The position numbers were made by a program, and so were the translations under genes. From NCBI GenBank assembly GCA_035532555.1, contig DATKQS010000024.1, forward strand, positions 11,225 to 75,224: a stretch of 64,000 nt of DNA, written 5' to 3'. Shown in pieces: positions 1-8,542 of the stretch; the stretch's first letter is position 1; each line of letters begins with the position of its first letter. The notes beneath the pieces are model-generated. The model was not told the origin of the DNA and did not search any database. It saw nothing but the letters and a program-made list of their open reading frames with translations. Source of the DNA: Thermoplasmata archaeon. GTDB lineage: Archaea; Thermoplasmatota; Thermoplasmata; Lutacidiplasmatales; UBA184.

Positions 1-797
1 CCATTCCGAATCTGGCGGGGGTCGCCGGTGTGTGGGTGGCCGAGAACGAGCGCCGGCTGTTCACCTCGAATCGAGCAGAGGATACCGTTAGCATCATCGA
101 TTTGGACACGACGAAGGAAACCTTCCGGGTTCCGACCGGCTCTCGGCCCAATGGGATGGCCTTCGACCCGGGCCGGGGAGTTCTCTTGGTGGCAGGGGTC
201 GGGAACCCGGAAATCCCCGGGGCCCCACCGACCCTCACCTTCGTGGACACGGCCCGTGGGAGGGTGATCGACCAGCTTCTCGCTCCAGGGAGAACCCGGT
301 GGGCGACCTATCACCCCGCGACTGACTCGTTCTATGTAAACATCGCCGACCCTCCCACCATCGCCGAGGTCAAAGCCTCCGACACCGGTCGGTTGGGCCG
401 TCTCATCCGCGTCCCCGCGAAGGGTCCCCATGGACTGGAACAGGACCCCGGGGGGACGCTCCTGTACTGTGCCTGCGACGAAGGTGTACTCGTGACCGTG
501 GAACTCCCTTCGGGGCGGGCAGAACGCGTCGGCGCCCTCGCGGGCGCTCCGGACGTCCTCTGGCTCAATCTCAAGCGACACCACCTCTACTGCGCGGTCG
601 AAGATCCCGGCGTGATCCACGTATTCGGGCTCGCCCCGTGCCGACTCCTCGAGACGGTGACGACGGCTCGGGGGGCCGGGACGCTGACCCTTGACCCGGC
701 CCGCAACGAAATCCACTCCTTCTGCCCCGACTCTCATGAGGACATCGTTCTCCGGGACCTGGAGGCAGTATCGTTGCTCGGCGGCGCTTCGCGGTGA
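1..797 (+). CDS. YncE/YVTN-type beta-propeller protein (5' end runs off the window)
   Basis: Repeated blades such as 'LFTSNRAEDTVSIIDLDT', 'VPTGSRPNGMAFDP' and 'GPHGLEQDP'; the frame is open to the window edge. Confidence 0.75.
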   Translation, partial: IPNLAGVAGVWVAENERRLFTSNRAEDTVSIIDLDTTKETFRVPTGSRPNGMAFDPGRGVLLVAGVGNPEIPGAPPTLTFVDTARGRVIDQLLAPGRTRWATYHPATDSFYVNIADPPTIAEVKASDTGRLGRLIRVPAKGPHGLEQDPGGTLLYCACDEGVLVTVELPSGRAERVGALAGAPDVLWLNLKRHHLYCAVEDPGVIHVFGLAPCRLLETVTTARGAGTLTLDPARNEIHSFCPDSHEDIVLRDLEAVSLLGGASR

Positions 798-975
798 ATC
801 CGATCGGACCCGGTTCGAATCGCGCGGGCGACGAGGCGGTGGTGTGGAACGGTGCGAGCCACCCTCCAGAAGACGCCGGCGCGAGTCTCGAAAAGGCGAC
901 TGCCACCCGGGATCCCACCGACCGAAGGGACCATACGGGACCAACCGTCCCCCCTCAGTTGTCGAGGGTGGACGG

Positions 976-1206
976 ATGGTTAATCCCAGAATGGATTGCG
1001 ATCTGGCTCCCGACCTGCACGCGACGAGGCAGCTCCTCAAACGGGGTCTTGCTTGGACCGACCTGGAAAGAGCGGTCCGGGAGGGTTCCTGGCGGCCCGA
1101 GGGCGAGAACCGGTTCGACGTTGCGTACGGGCGATGGCATCTGAAGGTCCGCGCGGGCCGGTGTACCCTTAAGGTCTCGACCGGCTTTCCGGAGGACCGA
1201 CGATGA
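976..1206 (+). CDS. DUF4258-like (RelE/MqsR-fold) putative toxin
   Basis: 'HATRQLLKRGL..DLERAV..G' motif; small; ATGA overlap with the downstream Zn-finger gene; start at 976 or 991. Confidence 0.6.
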   Translation: MVNPRMDCDLAPDLHATRQLLKRGLAWTDLERAVREGSWRPEGENRFDVAYGRWHLKVRAGRCTLKVSTGFPEDRR

Positions 1207-1478
1207 GCGCGAAAGGGAAGCGTCTCCAGGGGAAGTCATGCCCCGAGTGCGGGGGTGTCCTGCTGGAAGAGGTTCGTCCGTTTTCCATGGAGCGTGTCTT
1301 CTTCGGCAACTACCCGTTCTGGGTCTGTTCCAAGTGCGGGGAGGTTCTGACACCACCCGAGACCTACAGCGTTTTGAAGAAGGTGGCGCGGGCCAAGGGA
1401 CTGTTCGGACATGGAGCAGCCAGCCTCGAAGTGCCTCACCCGGTGACGCCCGCCAGGGGTCTGAAGGCCCCGGCGTAG
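1203..1478 (+). CDS. YgiT/MqsA-type zinc-finger protein (putative antitoxin)
   Basis: CPECGG...CSKCGE zinc ribbon; coupled to the DUF4258-like gene. Confidence 0.75.
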   Translation: MSAKGKRLQGKSCPECGGVLLEEVRPFSMERVFFGNYPFWVCSKCGEVLTPPETYSVLKKVARAKGLFGHGAASLEVPHPVTPARGLKAPA

Positions 1479-1493
1479 GCTTCGCCGGCTCGG

Positions 1494-1755
1494 ATGAGGA
1501 AGGCGGTTCGCGACAAAGTCTGCCCCGAGTGCGGGGGGGCCCATCCTCCGTGGGAAGGAGGCATTCACCTTCCGCGGGGTCAACCTCGGGGCGTTCGAGG
1601 TCCGCATCTGCGGGCGGTGCGGGGAATCGTCCTTCACGCCCGCGGGCTCGAGAGCCATTGACCGAGCCGCGAAGGCGAAGGGGCTCTTCGGAACCGATGC
1701 GGAAGAGAACGCTCACTCCGCCCTTCACCCAAGGTCCACCCGAGCCCACACGTAG
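1494..1755 (+). pseudogene. Second YgiT-type zinc-finger paralog, frameshifted in a G7 run
   Basis: Removing one G from G7 (1533-1539) gives MRKAVRDKVCPECGGPILRGKEAFTFRGVNLGAFEVRICGRCGE...AKAKGLFG, which is collinear with 1203-1478. Confidence 0.8.
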
Positions 1756-2227
1756 GTCACGTACCTCGCCGCCTTCGAGTCAGTGGTTCCCTGCTCCTGC
1801 ACTCATCGCGCTCCTCTCATCGACCACGCGGTCCCTTCTTGAAGTCCGCGCAGCGACTGCCGCCCGCGCGAACATCAAGAGGGCCCGGCCTCGGTCCTCG
1901 CTGGCACCGCTCGGCCTGAGGCCTGCGCGCTCGCTCCGCGTCGATGACCACAACGAGCGCGCAACGCGCCTCCGAGTTCGATGCCGCGAACCCCTTCGCC
2001 GAACTTTAGCCCACCCGAGCGAAACGCGCGCCGTTCCGCGCGAACCGGCCGGAGGCCACGACCACGCATGCGCGGTGGCTCGCTAACGCGGTTCCGAGTC
2101 GCGCGTGGTGTTCAAGGAAAAGGGCGACGAGGAGACGGGCGAGACCCGCTGTTTCAGCACCTTGGGAGTGACGAGCGACCGCGCCAACCGGACGAAGTGC
2201 GCGGAGGACCGAGAGGTCGCGCGGTGG

Positions 2228-2309
2228 CCCGCAGAAGTTCGATCGTGCAGATCGGCATCGGAGGAGACTACGGACCACTACACTGATCCGTGGCCATTCG
2301 CGTCAGTCG
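2228..2309. repeat. Left-arm repeat, copy 1 (matches 29139-29220)
   Basis: 82 bp ungapped, about 11 mismatches to 29139-29220 by manual alignment. Confidence 0.9.
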
Positions 2310-2339
2310 TCAGGAAAGTGGTTCGTAGTAGTACTCACC
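2310..2339 (-). repeat. att-like direct repeat of the ABCE1 3' end, distal copy
   Basis: tcaggaaagtggttcgtagtagtactcacc, 29/30 identical to 29221-29250; flanked by the inverted repeat tcgcgtcagtcg / cgactgacgaga. Confidence 0.95.
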
Positions 2340-2534
2340 GACTGACGAGAGCCCGGCCCTTTTCGACGCTCATCCGACCGGCCTACTCGGTGCAAGAGAT
2401 CGCTAACTCCCTGACTGAAACGTGCCGACGAACCCACTTCGGTCCTCCACCGAAGGCGGCGAACCGTTTCCCCGGGGCGACGGGAGATCCGTCCCCCGGG
2501 ACCAACCCAGCCGCTCGAAGTCGGCTCCGCGAGT
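2340..2534. repeat. Right-arm repeat, copy 1 (matches 15712-15906)
   Basis: 195 bp ungapped, about 32 mismatches (~84% identity) to 15712-15906. Confidence 0.9.
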
Positions 2535-2564
2535 CCGATGCTCGCCGCGGGTAGTCGGTTTGTT

Positions 2565-2612
2565 TGGGTCCACGCGGACTTGAACCGACGACCTCCCGGC
2601 TCCGAGCCGGTC
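2565..2612 (-). pseudogene. Degenerate 3' half of a tRNA (Arg-like)
   Basis: Minus strand reads ccggc-tcgga-gccgg-gaggtcgtcgg-ttcaagt-ccgcg-tggaccca (anticodon stem, T-loop, acceptor 3' strand); no D-arm or 5' half. Confidence 0.5.
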
Positions 2613-2673
2613 CACTCACCCTCGCCTACGCGAAATGCCACTCGGAGGGCCGGGGTTGCACCCTCGTTCCGCT

Positions 2674-3753
2674 TCAAGCAGTCGATGCCGGAATCGGATC
2701 AAGCGGGTGGGCCCTCGTACGTGCCGGTGGTACCTGGTCCGCATACCCAAGGCTCGCTTTGAAACGGTCGATCGCTCCGGTCTCCAAAGGAGCCGATCGG
2801 AGGCGGTCGGCAAGGAAGAGGCTGAAGAAGTCGCCGAGAACGACGCCCCCGAGCGTGTACTCCAGCGAATCGTTCCCAGGGAGTCGAACGACCCGGGCGA
2901 ACGCCGCCCGCCGGCGCACCAAGCGCTCGAAGTGGACACACCCCTGAGCGACCGGTCGCAATGTCTGCGCACAAGTCAGAAGGATAACGCCCCACCGATT
3001 GGCGTCGGAACTCGGGAGCGCATCCCAGCCGGCAATCGCGTTGTGAAACGCACCGGGAAGCTCATCTAACATCGCGAGGCGCTTGGCATTCTCTTCCACC
3101 CCCGTTTTCCAGCGGCGGGCGATCGGCAGGAGACCGGCCTCGGCGTAGATGATCGGGGTCCTTCGCCCGAGAGCCTCAGCGAGAGCTGCGGCCGGACCCC
3201 GAGGACTCGCGTACCGACTCCGCATCCTGTGGATCCGCCGAACCGTGCCGGCGATCCGATCCGCATTCGATACGGCCAGCCAGGAATCGAACAGTCCGAG
3301 GAGCCCCCCTAGGGCGGACCCGACGGTGGTCCGCGGGGGCCGATCGGGAGCGAGCCGAAAGATCGGGACTCCCTCTCGGTCCGCGCGTTCGTGCAGTTGG
3401 CCCCCGGCTGTGAAGACGATACGACACGCGCCGCGCCGTCCGGCCTCCTCGTACGCGCGCAGTACCTCCCAGGTCTCTCCTGAATGACTCGAGAGGATCA
3501 CAACCGAGCCGGGGCCATGCTCGGGAGGAAGCGAGGGGCCTCGGACCACCCGGATCGGCAAGCCTCCCTCTCCGCCGAGGACGACGCTCGCAAGCTCCCC
3601 TGCAGTAGCGGATCCCCCCATGCCGACGATGATCACCGGGGCCCGAGGGATGCGAAGGGCCGAGCCTGACAGGCATGCTCCTTCGCGGAATCCGGGCTCG
3701 ATATGATCGGGCAGCTCGCCGAGGAAGGTGCGCATCTGGTCTAGCTCGCTCAC
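2674..3753 (-). CDS. Bifunctional phosphoglucose/phosphomannose isomerase (SIS domain)
   Basis: 'IVGMGGSA', 'SSHSGETWE', 'TAGG.L', 'RWKTGVEENAK', 'HNAI' motifs; start GTG 3753 or ATG 3735. Confidence 0.85.
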   Translation of the reverse strand: MSELDQMRTFLGELPDHIEPGFREGACLSGSALRIPRAPVIIVGMGGSATAGELASVVLGGEGGLPIRVVRGPSLPPEHGPGSVVILSSHSGETWEVLRAYEEAGRRGACRIVFTAGGQLHERADREGVPIFRLAPDRPPRTTVGSALGGLLGLFDSWLAVSNADRIAGTVRRIHRMRSRYASPRGPAAALAEALGRRTPIIYAEAGLLPIARRWKTGVEENAKRLAMLDELPGAFHNAIAGWDALPSSDANRWGVILLTCAQTLRPVAQGCVHFERLVRRRAAFARVVRLPGNDSLEYTLGGVVLGDFFSLFLADRLRSAPLETGAIDRFKASLGYADQVPPARTRAHPLDPIPASTA

Positions 3754-3874
3754 CCCAGGGCGAACCGGGGCTAGCGACGGTGAGGAGAATGATTGCGACG
3801 GGGCCTTGCTAGACGAACCGTCGGCGAGCCGGTCCGCTCGTCTCCGGTGGCGGCCGCGCCGGCCAGGGTGCCCC

Positions 3875-5854
3875 TCATCGAACCGCCGGTACATGCGGCG
3901 ACGCTCCCCTCCCTTCTCGGCCCGTCTTCGCGTGCCCGTTCTCCGAATACTGCCTTCGCAGTTGCTCGAATCGACGGGATGCAAAAACGAGGCGCTGCCC
4001 ACCTGTTTCGGTGCGGAATTCGTCCTCCGAAGTCCCTCGACGACGGGCGTGCGCGTTCCGGACGAGGCCCGCGAGCTGCAGGTACGTCGCGAGGAGGGGA
4101 TATGCGATCGCATTCAGCATTCGGATCCCCGTTGGGGCTCGTTGAGTCGCGATGCCGCCCGGCGATCGGGTCCGCGAGTCGTAGAGATAGGGGAGCTCGG
4201 CGCGCATCCACCCGGCGGAGGCCAACACTCCACGATAGTACTCCTCCCCATGGAGCACGTGGACGCTCAGAGCCTCACGGGCAAAGAGCAGATCGCGCGG
4301 TCGCGCGAACTCGGGAGACACCGCGCGATCTTCGAGCACGTAGTTGAGGCACGGGGTCGGGCCTCGGAGGGGAGCCGGTCGTCGCCGCGAGAGGAACAGC
4401 GAGAAGTACGCCCGAGCAAGGAACCACCAGAGCGCGCCGGACCGGGTCACGACGAACAGATCGAGGTCGTCGTCCGGGAGCGGCTCATCGAACGCCACCG
4501 AGCCCGTGATACCGATGCAGCGGACGAGATCCCTACTGAAGGAGAGTGGCCCGCGCCAAAGGGAGTCGGCGAACTGACGAAACTCGAACGCGCGGGGGCC
4601 CCGGTCTCCGGTGGGACTCACGGGCGTCGTCGGCGCGTATGCCTGCGCGTTCCGTACCTGCGCGAGCCACGGTCGCTCTCGGAGCCAGCGTTCGAGCGCG
4701 TCGACGCTCTCCGGTCCGTTGGCGGGGAGGAGCCGCTGGAGTCTCTCAAGGGGGATGCCGGTCCCGAACTCGCCTGCGACGAGAAGAAGCGACGCCACCC
4801 GGCGCTCCGTTGGGGTGGCGCCTGACGCCCCATCGAAGCTGGTCGACGATGACGTGCCCTGGGCGCCCGGCGGGGGCGTGGAGGAACCAATGCGCCGCCA
4901 ACGTACGTGGTCCCGTCGAGGCGGCAGCCGATCCCACGCCGCCAGACCATGGGCCGCGAGTTCCCACGTCGCCAGTCGGGCCAAGTGTCCAAGCCCCCCT
5001 TCGCGGTCAATCATCCCTCGGACCACTCGGACCGTGGCCGCCGGGTGGCGAAGGAACTCGCGGGGAATCGTCGCCGGGGCGTCCCCCAATACGGAGGAGA
5101 CCTGGGCATTGCCGACGTGGATTCGTCGCCGCTGGTGGAGATGGTCGCGCACCTCAGAGGGAACCCGGATCGAAACTCGGGCGTCAGGCGCGTACCACCC
5201 GCCCCCGGCATGCTGCGACAGCCAGACGGCGAGGTACGATCCGTCGTTGATAATCCCGTCTGGGATGGCTGGCACGCTCGGCAGACTTACGAGGAGCAGC
5301 TCGTCGGAAAGATGGCGACCCTCCCCGCGGGCGAGCAGCTCCGCATGGAACTCGTGGTGGAGGTCCCACATCCATCGGAACGTGGGGGCCCACCGCCCCG
5401 GCGCATCGTCCGGGACCACCGGACGCGCCATCACCGCATACGGAGCTGCCCGTGCTGCCCCGACCCGTACGAGTTCCGCGATTGCTCCGGGCTCGGCTCG
5501 GGCATCGCCATTGAGCAGCACAAGGGCATTCCCTTCGGCCCGCCGGAACACCTCTTGGAGGGCCCGGGCCTTTCCCCGGCGTTCCGGCTCCGTGATCAAG
5601 CGCACCCGGCGATCCTCTGACACAAGTCGCTCCGCGATCTCTACGGTCCGGTCCGCGCAGCCGCTCGCGACAATCCACAGGTCATTCCACCGAACGTCCG
5701 AAGGCAGTTCTTGGTCGAGTAGCGAGCGCACGGCCCCCTCGAGGTTCTGCTCCTCGTTGTAAGCGACGATCCCCCCGGAGAGGTTCGTTGGCGACTTCTC
5801 CTCGTACGTAAGGTTGTAGCCGGCAGACAGCCGAGGTGCGCTCGAGACCGACAC
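3875..5854 (-). CDS. GT2 glycosyltransferase fused to a C-terminal nucleotidyltransferase-like domain
   Basis: N-terminal 'GIVAYNEE..L', 'SGCADRT', 'GKARAL', 'QRRR'; C-terminal 'GITGSVA...DDDLDLFVV'. Confidence 0.75.
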   Translation of the reverse strand: MSVSSAPRLSAGYNLTYEEKSPTNLSGGIVAYNEEQNLEGAVRSLLDQELPSDVRWNDLWIVASGCADRTVEIAERLVSEDRRVRLITEPERRGKARALQEVFRRAEGNALVLLNGDARAEPGAIAELVRVGAARAAPYAVMARPVVPDDAPGRWAPTFRWMWDLHHEFHAELLARGEGRHLSDELLLVSLPSVPAIPDGIINDGSYLAVWLSQHAGGGWYAPDARVSIRVPSEVRDHLHQRRRIHVGNAQVSSVLGDAPATIPREFLRHPAATVRVVRGMIDREGGLGHLARLATWELAAHGLAAWDRLPPRRDHVRWRRIGSSTPPPGAQGTSSSTSFDGASGATPTERRVASLLLVAGEFGTGIPLERLQRLLPANGPESVDALERWLRERPWLAQVRNAQAYAPTTPVSPTGDRGPRAFEFRQFADSLWRGPLSFSRDLVRCIGITGSVAFDEPLPDDDLDLFVVTRSGALWWFLARAYFSLFLSRRRPAPLRGPTPCLNYVLEDRAVSPEFARPRDLLFAREALSVHVLHGEEYYRGVLASAGWMRAELPYLYDSRTRSPGGIATQRAPTGIRMLNAIAYPLLATYLQLAGLVRNAHARRRGTSEDEFRTETGGQRLVFASRRFEQLRRQYSENGHAKTGREGRGASPHVPAVR

Positions 5855-6004
5855 GTTACTCTCGCCCCAAGCGGAGCGATGGCCCCACATCTGCCGGAAG
5901 CCGCGCACGCGATTCGGTCACCACGCTCCAATCGAGGGGGGCCACGACGAGCTCAGTGTCGGCGCTTCCGAGCCGTCCCGCCGACAGAATCGATCGCGGC
6001 AGAG

Positions 6005-6982
6005 CTACTCCTCCGCATACTCGCTGTCGGAGAGTTGCTGCCGGACTCGGCGCGCTCCGACGGCGATGATAACCGAGACGACTCCCGCGAGACTCCCCAC
6101 GACCACAAGCTCGTAGAGGGGGATGCCCGCGATGGATGAGGGAACCGGAATCCCGATCACGGCCGCGTACCGAAGGGAGGAAAACTCTCCTGCCCCGGAG
6201 CCGATCGTCAGGTTGACCGACGCGAAGCTCGGAGTCAGCCGGATGAGGGGTACGACACCGACCGGCTCTGTGCGGCCCCCGACGCCGGCCGCGGTGGCGT
6301 TGTCCGAGAGCACCAGATACTCCCGGAGGGCTCCGGTCGCGGTGGACGAGCTTGTGATCTCGAGCGCGTCCGGGCCGGATGCGCCGAGACGCTCGGTGGA
6401 GGCGAATGCGGGCCAGACGGGAAGGTTCACGACGAGATGATCTCCCGAGGCCTGCCAGGTCCAGTTGGAGATTTGGAGAAGCGCCTCGACCGAGCTCGCA
6501 TTCCCTTCGTAGGCGTCGCCCCCTCCGGCGAGGATGTAGTCCACTTGGACCTCGGTCGTTCCGATCGGCGGTGCGGGTGCGCCGGGGACCACGAGCACCA
6601 GATCGGCGGTGTAGGCGAGGTCGAACTCGCTCGGGGTGCTCGCGTTCCGGAGCGTCCAGTTAGCTCCTGCCCAGTCGGCGAGGGCGACCACTTGGCCCGC
6701 CGGACTGACCTCGGCGATCCCCGCGACACCGGAGGAGAGGCCCGACTGCGGGACGTCCACCGCCGCGACCGCGACCGATGGGCTGGTCAGGTTGAAGTCG
6801 CACGCCACGAGTCCGTTGTTCCATCCGAGCGATGTCGACGGGGTCCACCGTCCCGAGGCGCCTTGCGCGGCGGCGAGCGGAGAGATCGCAACGATGAGTG
6901 CGAGGGTCACCGCAAACCCCGCCATCGCGAGGGCGACGGGAGCGGTGGCCCGGGCCCGGCTCCTCCTGCCATCTGCGATCAT
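6005..6982 (-). CDS. Secreted, C-terminally membrane-anchored protein (probable surface glycoprotein)
   Basis: Signal-like hydrophobic N-terminus, C-terminal TM helix followed by RRVR, several N-x-S/T sequons. Confidence 0.65.
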   Translation of the reverse strand: MIADGRRSRARATAPVALAMAGFAVTLALIVAISPLAAAQGASGRWTPSTSLGWNNGLVACDFNLTSPSVAVAAVDVPQSGLSSGVAGIAEVSPAGQVVALADWAGANWTLRNASTPSEFDLAYTADLVLVVPGAPAPPIGTTEVQVDYILAGGGDAYEGNASSVEALLQISNWTWQASGDHLVVNLPVWPAFASTERLGASGPDALEITSSSTATGALREYLVLSDNATAAGVGGRTEPVGVVPLIRLTPSFASVNLTIGSGAGEFSSLRYAAVIGIPVPSSIAGIPLYELVVVGSLAGVVSVIIAVGARRVRQQLSDSEYAEE

Positions 6983-7020
6983 TGCGAAGGATGCGAGACG
7001 CTCCCAAGGTAACCCCTTTT

Positions 7021-7050
7021 TTGGTCCAAGTACGGAATCCATTGGTTCAG
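7021..7050. promoter_or_regulatory. Tandem palindromic operator TTGGWCCAA (21-bp spacing)
   Basis: ttggtccaa at 7021 and ttggttcag at 7042; an inverted near-copy of 7924-7953. Confidence 0.65.
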
Positions 7051-7060
7051 AGGCGCACCG

Positions 7061-7588
7061 CTATCGACGAAACAACTCAGACCAGGTTTCGAAGGCCCGT
7101 TCCACCCACTCGTCCGCCGGCCCGCTCCGGTACGTGACGAGGATTCGCGCGACACCCGCCGCATCGGTGACCTCGAACGTTCGGAGGCGACCTTCGCGTC
7201 CGGGTCGAACGACCCCGGTTTCGACGAGCCGTCGCAGATGGACCGAGAGGCGGCCGGCGCTCAAACCAGTTCGAACCTTCAGATCGGGAACGGTCTGGTG
7301 CGGAGTCTTGAGCAGCGCGATGAGGAGTCGGCGCGCCGACGCCGATCGCATGAGACGCAGGATGCGACGGTCGCCGAGCGGCACGCTCGCCACGAAGTAA
7401 TGGTCCTGGCGCTCGCTGCGCTCGCGATGGAGCAACCCCGACCCGGTAAGTCGATCGAGGTGATAGACCGTCTCGCCCCAACCCGTCCCGGCCTTTCGCT
7501 GGGCTTCCCGTCCGCTCAGCCCCGGAGTTCTCCGAACCGCGTCGTAAATGCGTCTTCGGGTCTCGAGGGCGAGCGGGTCCTCCTCCAT
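7061..7588 (-). CDS. Double winged-helix (ArsR/MarR-like) transcriptional regulator
   Basis: 'LETRRRIYDAV...PG', 'YHL..L...G', second HTH 'LSVHLRRLVETGVV'. Confidence 0.85.
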   Translation of the reverse strand: MEEDPLALETRRRIYDAVRRTPGLSGREAQRKAGTGWGETVYHLDRLTGSGLLHRERSERQDHYFVASVPLGDRRILRLMRSASARRLLIALLKTPHQTVPDLKVRTGLSAGRLSVHLRRLVETGVVRPGREGRLRTFEVTDAAGVARILVTYRSGPADEWVERAFETWSELFRR

Positions 7589-7591
7589 CGG

Positions 7592-7870
7592 CTAGCGGCG
7601 GCGGGGCCAGAGCGTGGTCGCCAAAAACAGAAGCGATGCGAGGAGCGCGAGCGTGAGGACGGGGAGTGCGGCGTCCGCGAACGACGGCGGGCCGACCGGT
7701 AACTGCCCCCACGTCCACACCGCTCCGAGGGCCGCTAGGACGAGGTTCGCCGAGGCGATGAGGAGAAATCTCGCATCCCGCACTCGGGTCCACGCCGCCA
7801 CGGTGACGCCGGCATTGATGGCAGAGACTCCCACGATCAGAATCGCGACGAACAGCTCGGCGAGACCCAT
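7592..7870 (-). CDS. Small 3-TM membrane protein co-transcribed with the regulator
   Basis: Hydrophobic 92-aa ORF; TATA-like tttaa about 27 bp upstream. Confidence 0.65.
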   Translation of the reverse strand: MGLAELFVAILIVGVSAINAGVTVAAWTRVRDARFLLIASANLVLAALGAVWTWGQLPVGPPSFADAALPVLTLALLASLLFLATTLWPRRR

Positions 7871-7923
7871 GGAACGCAGGATGGGGCCCCCCCGGGTTAA
7901 AGCCATCGACTCGCCGAACGGGT

Positions 7924-7953
7924 TTGGACCAAGTAATTCCGTGTTTGGACCAA
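7924..7953. promoter_or_regulatory. Tandem palindromic operator, TTGGACCAA twice (21-bp spacing)
   Basis: ttggaccaa at 7924 and 7945 in a divergent intergenic region. Confidence 0.7.
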
Positions 7954-7998
7954 AAAGAGAGTGACACCCTCGACCACTCGACCGTTCGGAGCGATCGC

Positions 7999-8472
7999 AT
8001 GACGAGCATTCGGGACCGACTTGCAGATCCGGCCTTCTACTCACTCCCGTTCTTCCTCGCGTTCGCCCTCTCGGTGGTCATGCTGGCCACCGACAAGAAT
8101 CTCCAGACGAACTTCGGCACGGTCTCGAGCGGCTACTACTTCCATTGGTACGTCGTGCTGGTCACCGCCGTCGCGGAGATCGCCGGCGCGGTGCTCCTGC
8201 TCGTTGTTCGTTCCCGCGCCGCGTTCATCGGCGGGGTGATCGGCTCCGGCCTCCTGGCAGCGATCTTCCTCGGCGATATCTTCGCGTACAGCCAGGTCGG
8301 ATTCTCTTCGATGACCGACTTCGCGAACTACCTCTTCGGGATCACCTACTACGGGGGCAACATCCGCTACCTGTATGATGTCCTGCTCGCCGTCTATCTC
8401 GCGACGTTCCTCTTCGGACTGGTCGCGCTCGCCTTGACGCGACGGCCCCGGGCGAGCCCTCCGCGCGCGTGA
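7999..8472 (+). CDS. Hypothetical 4-TM membrane protein
   Basis: Hydrophobic helices and host-like codon usage. Confidence 0.7.
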   Translation: MTSIRDRLADPAFYSLPFFLAFALSVVMLATDKNLQTNFGTVSSGYYFHWYVVLVTAVAEIAGAVLLLVVRSRAAFIGGVIGSGLLAAIFLGDIFAYSQVGFSSMTDFANYLFGITYYGGNIRYLYDVLLAVYLATFLFGLVALALTRRPRASPPRA

Positions 8473-8542
8473 TCGGCGGAGCGATCGTTCGATCGGGGTT
8501 CGCGACCCACGGGGCGAGCGATCCCCGAAGCAGGTCGGCATC

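Larger units (their letters stand above)
1..2339. mobile_element. Cassette C (partial): right end of a third element in the ABCE1 3'-end tandem array
   Basis: Ends in an 82-bp arm (2228-2309) about 87% identical to the arm next to ABCE1 (29139-29220), followed by the 30-bp core repeat. Confidence 0.6.

Noticed and set aside
806..830. ggttcgaatc T-loop-like motif
   Set aside because: No pairing T-stem or acceptor stem around it
2105..2554. Plus-strand ORF across the junction as an SSV-type split integrase or serine recombinase fragment (YSVQEIANSL)
   Set aside because: Substitutions in this frame fall 2/11/19 on codon positions 1/2/3, which favours the minus-strand frame; no catalytic motifs are visible
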